Source of the DNA: Macrostomum lignano
Taxonomy: Eukaryota
DNA: 64,000 nt
Reading direction: 5' to 3'
NCBI GenBank assembly: GCA_002269645.1
Contig: NIVC01001242.1
Location: 186,001-250,000, forward strand
This document shows positions 62,201 through 64,000 of the stretch, in pieces. Within the stretch, counting starts at the first letter, position 1. Each line of letters opens with the position of its first letter. The position numbers and the translations under genes were made by a program. The notes under the pieces are model-generated. The model had not been told where the DNA came from. It saw only the letters and a program-made list of their open reading frames with translations, and made no database searches.

Positions 62201-62598
62201 GATCCTCATCAGTTGCTGGGCCAGCAGCCTCCCAGATTCCCAGTTGCTGGTCCAGCCTCCCAGATCCTCAGTTGCTGGTCCAGCCTCCCAGAGTGTCCGT
62301 TGCTGAGCCAGCCAGCCTCCCAGATCATCATTGTCTGGGCCAGCCTTTAAAACGCATCATCAACTCAAATCAATCCATTTCAACTTTTCATTTTTACATT
62401 TCAGACGGTGTCAGCGGTGCTGGCAGCGGAGGCAGCGGCGGCGGCCGTCACCCGATGGGCCCTGGCGAGCGCAGGCGGCTGTGGTCGCAGCTGGAAGCTG
62501 AGATCCGACTGCACAGGTGCAAAACTTTGCTTCGAGCGAGTCGCGGTCGTTCCGTTGCCAGGTCGGTGAAATCTGCGATTGTCGATTGTAAAGACTGA
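56269..62598 (+). CDS. GOPC: GOPC/PIST/CAL-like Golgi coiled-coil protein, 3 exons, 247 aa; no PDZ domain seen
   Basis: Exons 56269-56484, 60784-61117, 62405-62598 join in phase (744 nt). Motifs: [89 protein letters not shown]. Confidence 0.85.
57070..57480 (+). repeat. 20/21-bp array (AGGTAAGTCGCAAAAAGGATC) inside the TIR element
   Basis: ~18 tandem units. Confidence 0.9.
57619..57650 (+). mobile_element. Possible hAT/Charlie-type terminal fragment
   Basis: CAGGGGTTGGCAAACT resembles Charlie-type TIRs; no partner end found. Confidence 0.3.
57710..58400. repeat. CT-rich tract followed by a GA-rich tract
   Basis: Low-complexity pyrimidine then purine blocks. Confidence 0.85.
60400..60600 (-). 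mobile_element. CORE-SINE (MIR-superfamily core) with degenerate tRNA-derived head
   Basis: Minus strand reads TGTGTCCTTGAGCAAGACACTTAACTCTACATTGCTTCAGTTCACCCAGCTGTAAAATTGGG, resembling the MIR core as recalled; B-box-like GGTTTTGATTC upstream. Confidence 0.7.
61125..62345 (+). repeat. 28-bp minisatellite (GCTGGGCCAGCCTCCCAGATCCTCAGTT) filling GOPC intron 2
   Basis: ~43 tandem units. Confidence 0.95.
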
Positions 62599-62624
62599 TT
62601 CGCCTGACCTTGAGCACAGGCTAT

Positions 62625-63255
62625 TATTAATCTTCCCCGATTCCCCTTAAGAATCTCTCCCTATTCCTTTAAGAATCTCTTCCAATTTCCCTTGAGAATC
62701 TCCTGCCAAATTCCCTGGAGAATCTCCTAAATTCCCCTTTGAGAATCACCAAATTCCCCTTGAGAATCTCCTGCCAATTCCCTTGGAGAATCTCCCTAAT
62801 TCCCCTTGAATCTGCTGCCAATTCCCTTGGAGAATCTCCCAAATTCCCTTTGAAAATCTCCTGCCAATTCCCTTGGAGAATCTCCCAAATTCCTTTTAAG
62901 AATCTCCCCACCATTCTCTTGAAAATCTCCCCTAATTCCCTTAATAATCTCCCCTGGATTCCCCTTAAGAATCTCCCCATTCCCTTTGAGTATCTCCCCC
63001 TCTCAATTCCCCTCCAGAATCTCCCCCAATTCCTCTTGAGAATCTACCCCAATCCCCTTTGATAATCCTTCCCAATTATCCTTGATTATCTCCCCCAATT
63101 CCCTTTGAGAAACTCCCCCAATTTCCCTTGATTATCTCCCCCAATTCCCTTTGAGAAACTCCCCCAATTCCCGTTGAGTATCTCCTCCAATACGTCTCCC
63201 CCAATACGTATAGAGAATCTGCCACAACCCCTTGAGAATCTGCCATAATTCTCCT
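62625..63255. repeat. ~21-bp degenerate minisatellite (AATTCCCTTTGAGAATCTCCCC)
   Basis: Tandem units. Confidence 0.85.
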
Positions 63256-63364
63256 AAAAAATGCTTCTCGCTACTTTTAGTAGACAAAACTCAACAAAAT
63301 GCATTTTAGGTTCCTACCAAACAACGGCTTGGCCCCGGGTCAGGAGGAATCGCTGACCGACTGT

Positions 63365-63707
63365 TCACCGCGTCAAGTCAGCGTCAGCAAGGATCCCGGT
63401 GAAGGCCTTGGCGTGTCCATTGTTGGAGGCCGCGAGCACGGGGCCCCAATTCTCATTTCCGAGCTGCATCCGGGTCTGCCAGCTGCTCGATGCGGTCTGA
63501 TTCGTGTTGGCGATGCCATTCTGTCTGTTGACGGAGTGTCGCTCAGAGAGGCTCGACATCACGATGCTGTACAAGTGCTGAGTCATCTTCGAGAGTCCAC
63601 TGTGGAACTCACTCTGGTCTTTGTTGCCGATGTTGACCAGCCAGGGAGTGCTGATGATGACGAAGTGACTGATGAAGATGAGGACGACCGGTTTGTGGAT
63701 CTGGCCA
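63365..63707 (-). CDS. Probable last exon of a membrane protein (possibly GPCR TM6-TM7 plus tail); the gene would continue beyond the window
   Basis: Acceptor TATCCAG| followed by a GC-rich open frame GQIHKPVVLIFISHFVIISTPWLVNI..HLYSIVMSSL..LTR*; family not recognised. Confidence 0.4.
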
Positions 63708-63710
63708 CTG

Positions 63711-64000
63711 GATACAGGTGGGTTGTGTCTGTGGGATACAGGTGGGTTGTGTCTGTGGGATACAGGTGGGTTGTGTCTGTGGGATACAGGTGGGTTGTGT
63801 CTGGGATACAGGTAGGTTGTGTCTGTGGGATACAGGTGGGTTGTGTCTGTGGGATACAAGTGGGTTGTGTCTGTGGGATACAGGTGGGTTGTGTCTGTGG
63901 GATACAGGTGGGTTGTGTCTGTGGGATACAAGTGGGTTGTGTCTGTGGGATACAGGTGGGTTGTGTCTGTGGGATACAGGTGGGTTGTGTCTGTGGGATA
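63711..64000. repeat. 24-bp minisatellite (GGGATACAGGTGGGTTGTGTCTGT)
   Basis: Tandem units to the window end. Confidence 0.93.

Overview
This is metazoan genomic DNA, not prokaryotic: spliceosomal GT-AG genes with mostly GC-rich exons, and introns largely filled with micro- and minisatellites. The style resembles the flatworm Macrostomum lignano, but that is an inference. Exons were joined by hand with reading-phase checks. Three genes are apparently intact: a flavin-containing monooxygenase (+, 5 exons, 558 aa), an SLC5 sodium:solute symporter (-, 12 exons, 594 aa) and an MPPE1/Cdc1-like metallophosphoesterase (-, 5 exons, 391 aa). A GOPC-like coiled-coil gene (+, 3 exons) ends without a visible PDZ domain. 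Damaged or partial loci: a LOTUS/RGG (TDRD5/7-like) gene, a PSMD3 copy interrupted by a Ty3/Gypsy element, a second internally deleted SLC5 copy, and a possible last exon of a membrane protein at the right edge. Mobile DNA: Penelope-like RT/GIY-YIG, mariner, THAP fragment, Gypsy, piggyBac, a TIR element with an 8-bp target-site duplication (TSD), a MITE, a CORE-SINE and a possible Helitron. About 35 separate tandem arrays are present. The most unusual patterns are intronic arrays made of splice-signal motifs on the sense strand, and inverted arrays flanking exons. No rRNA, CRISPR array or intact tRNA is supported.
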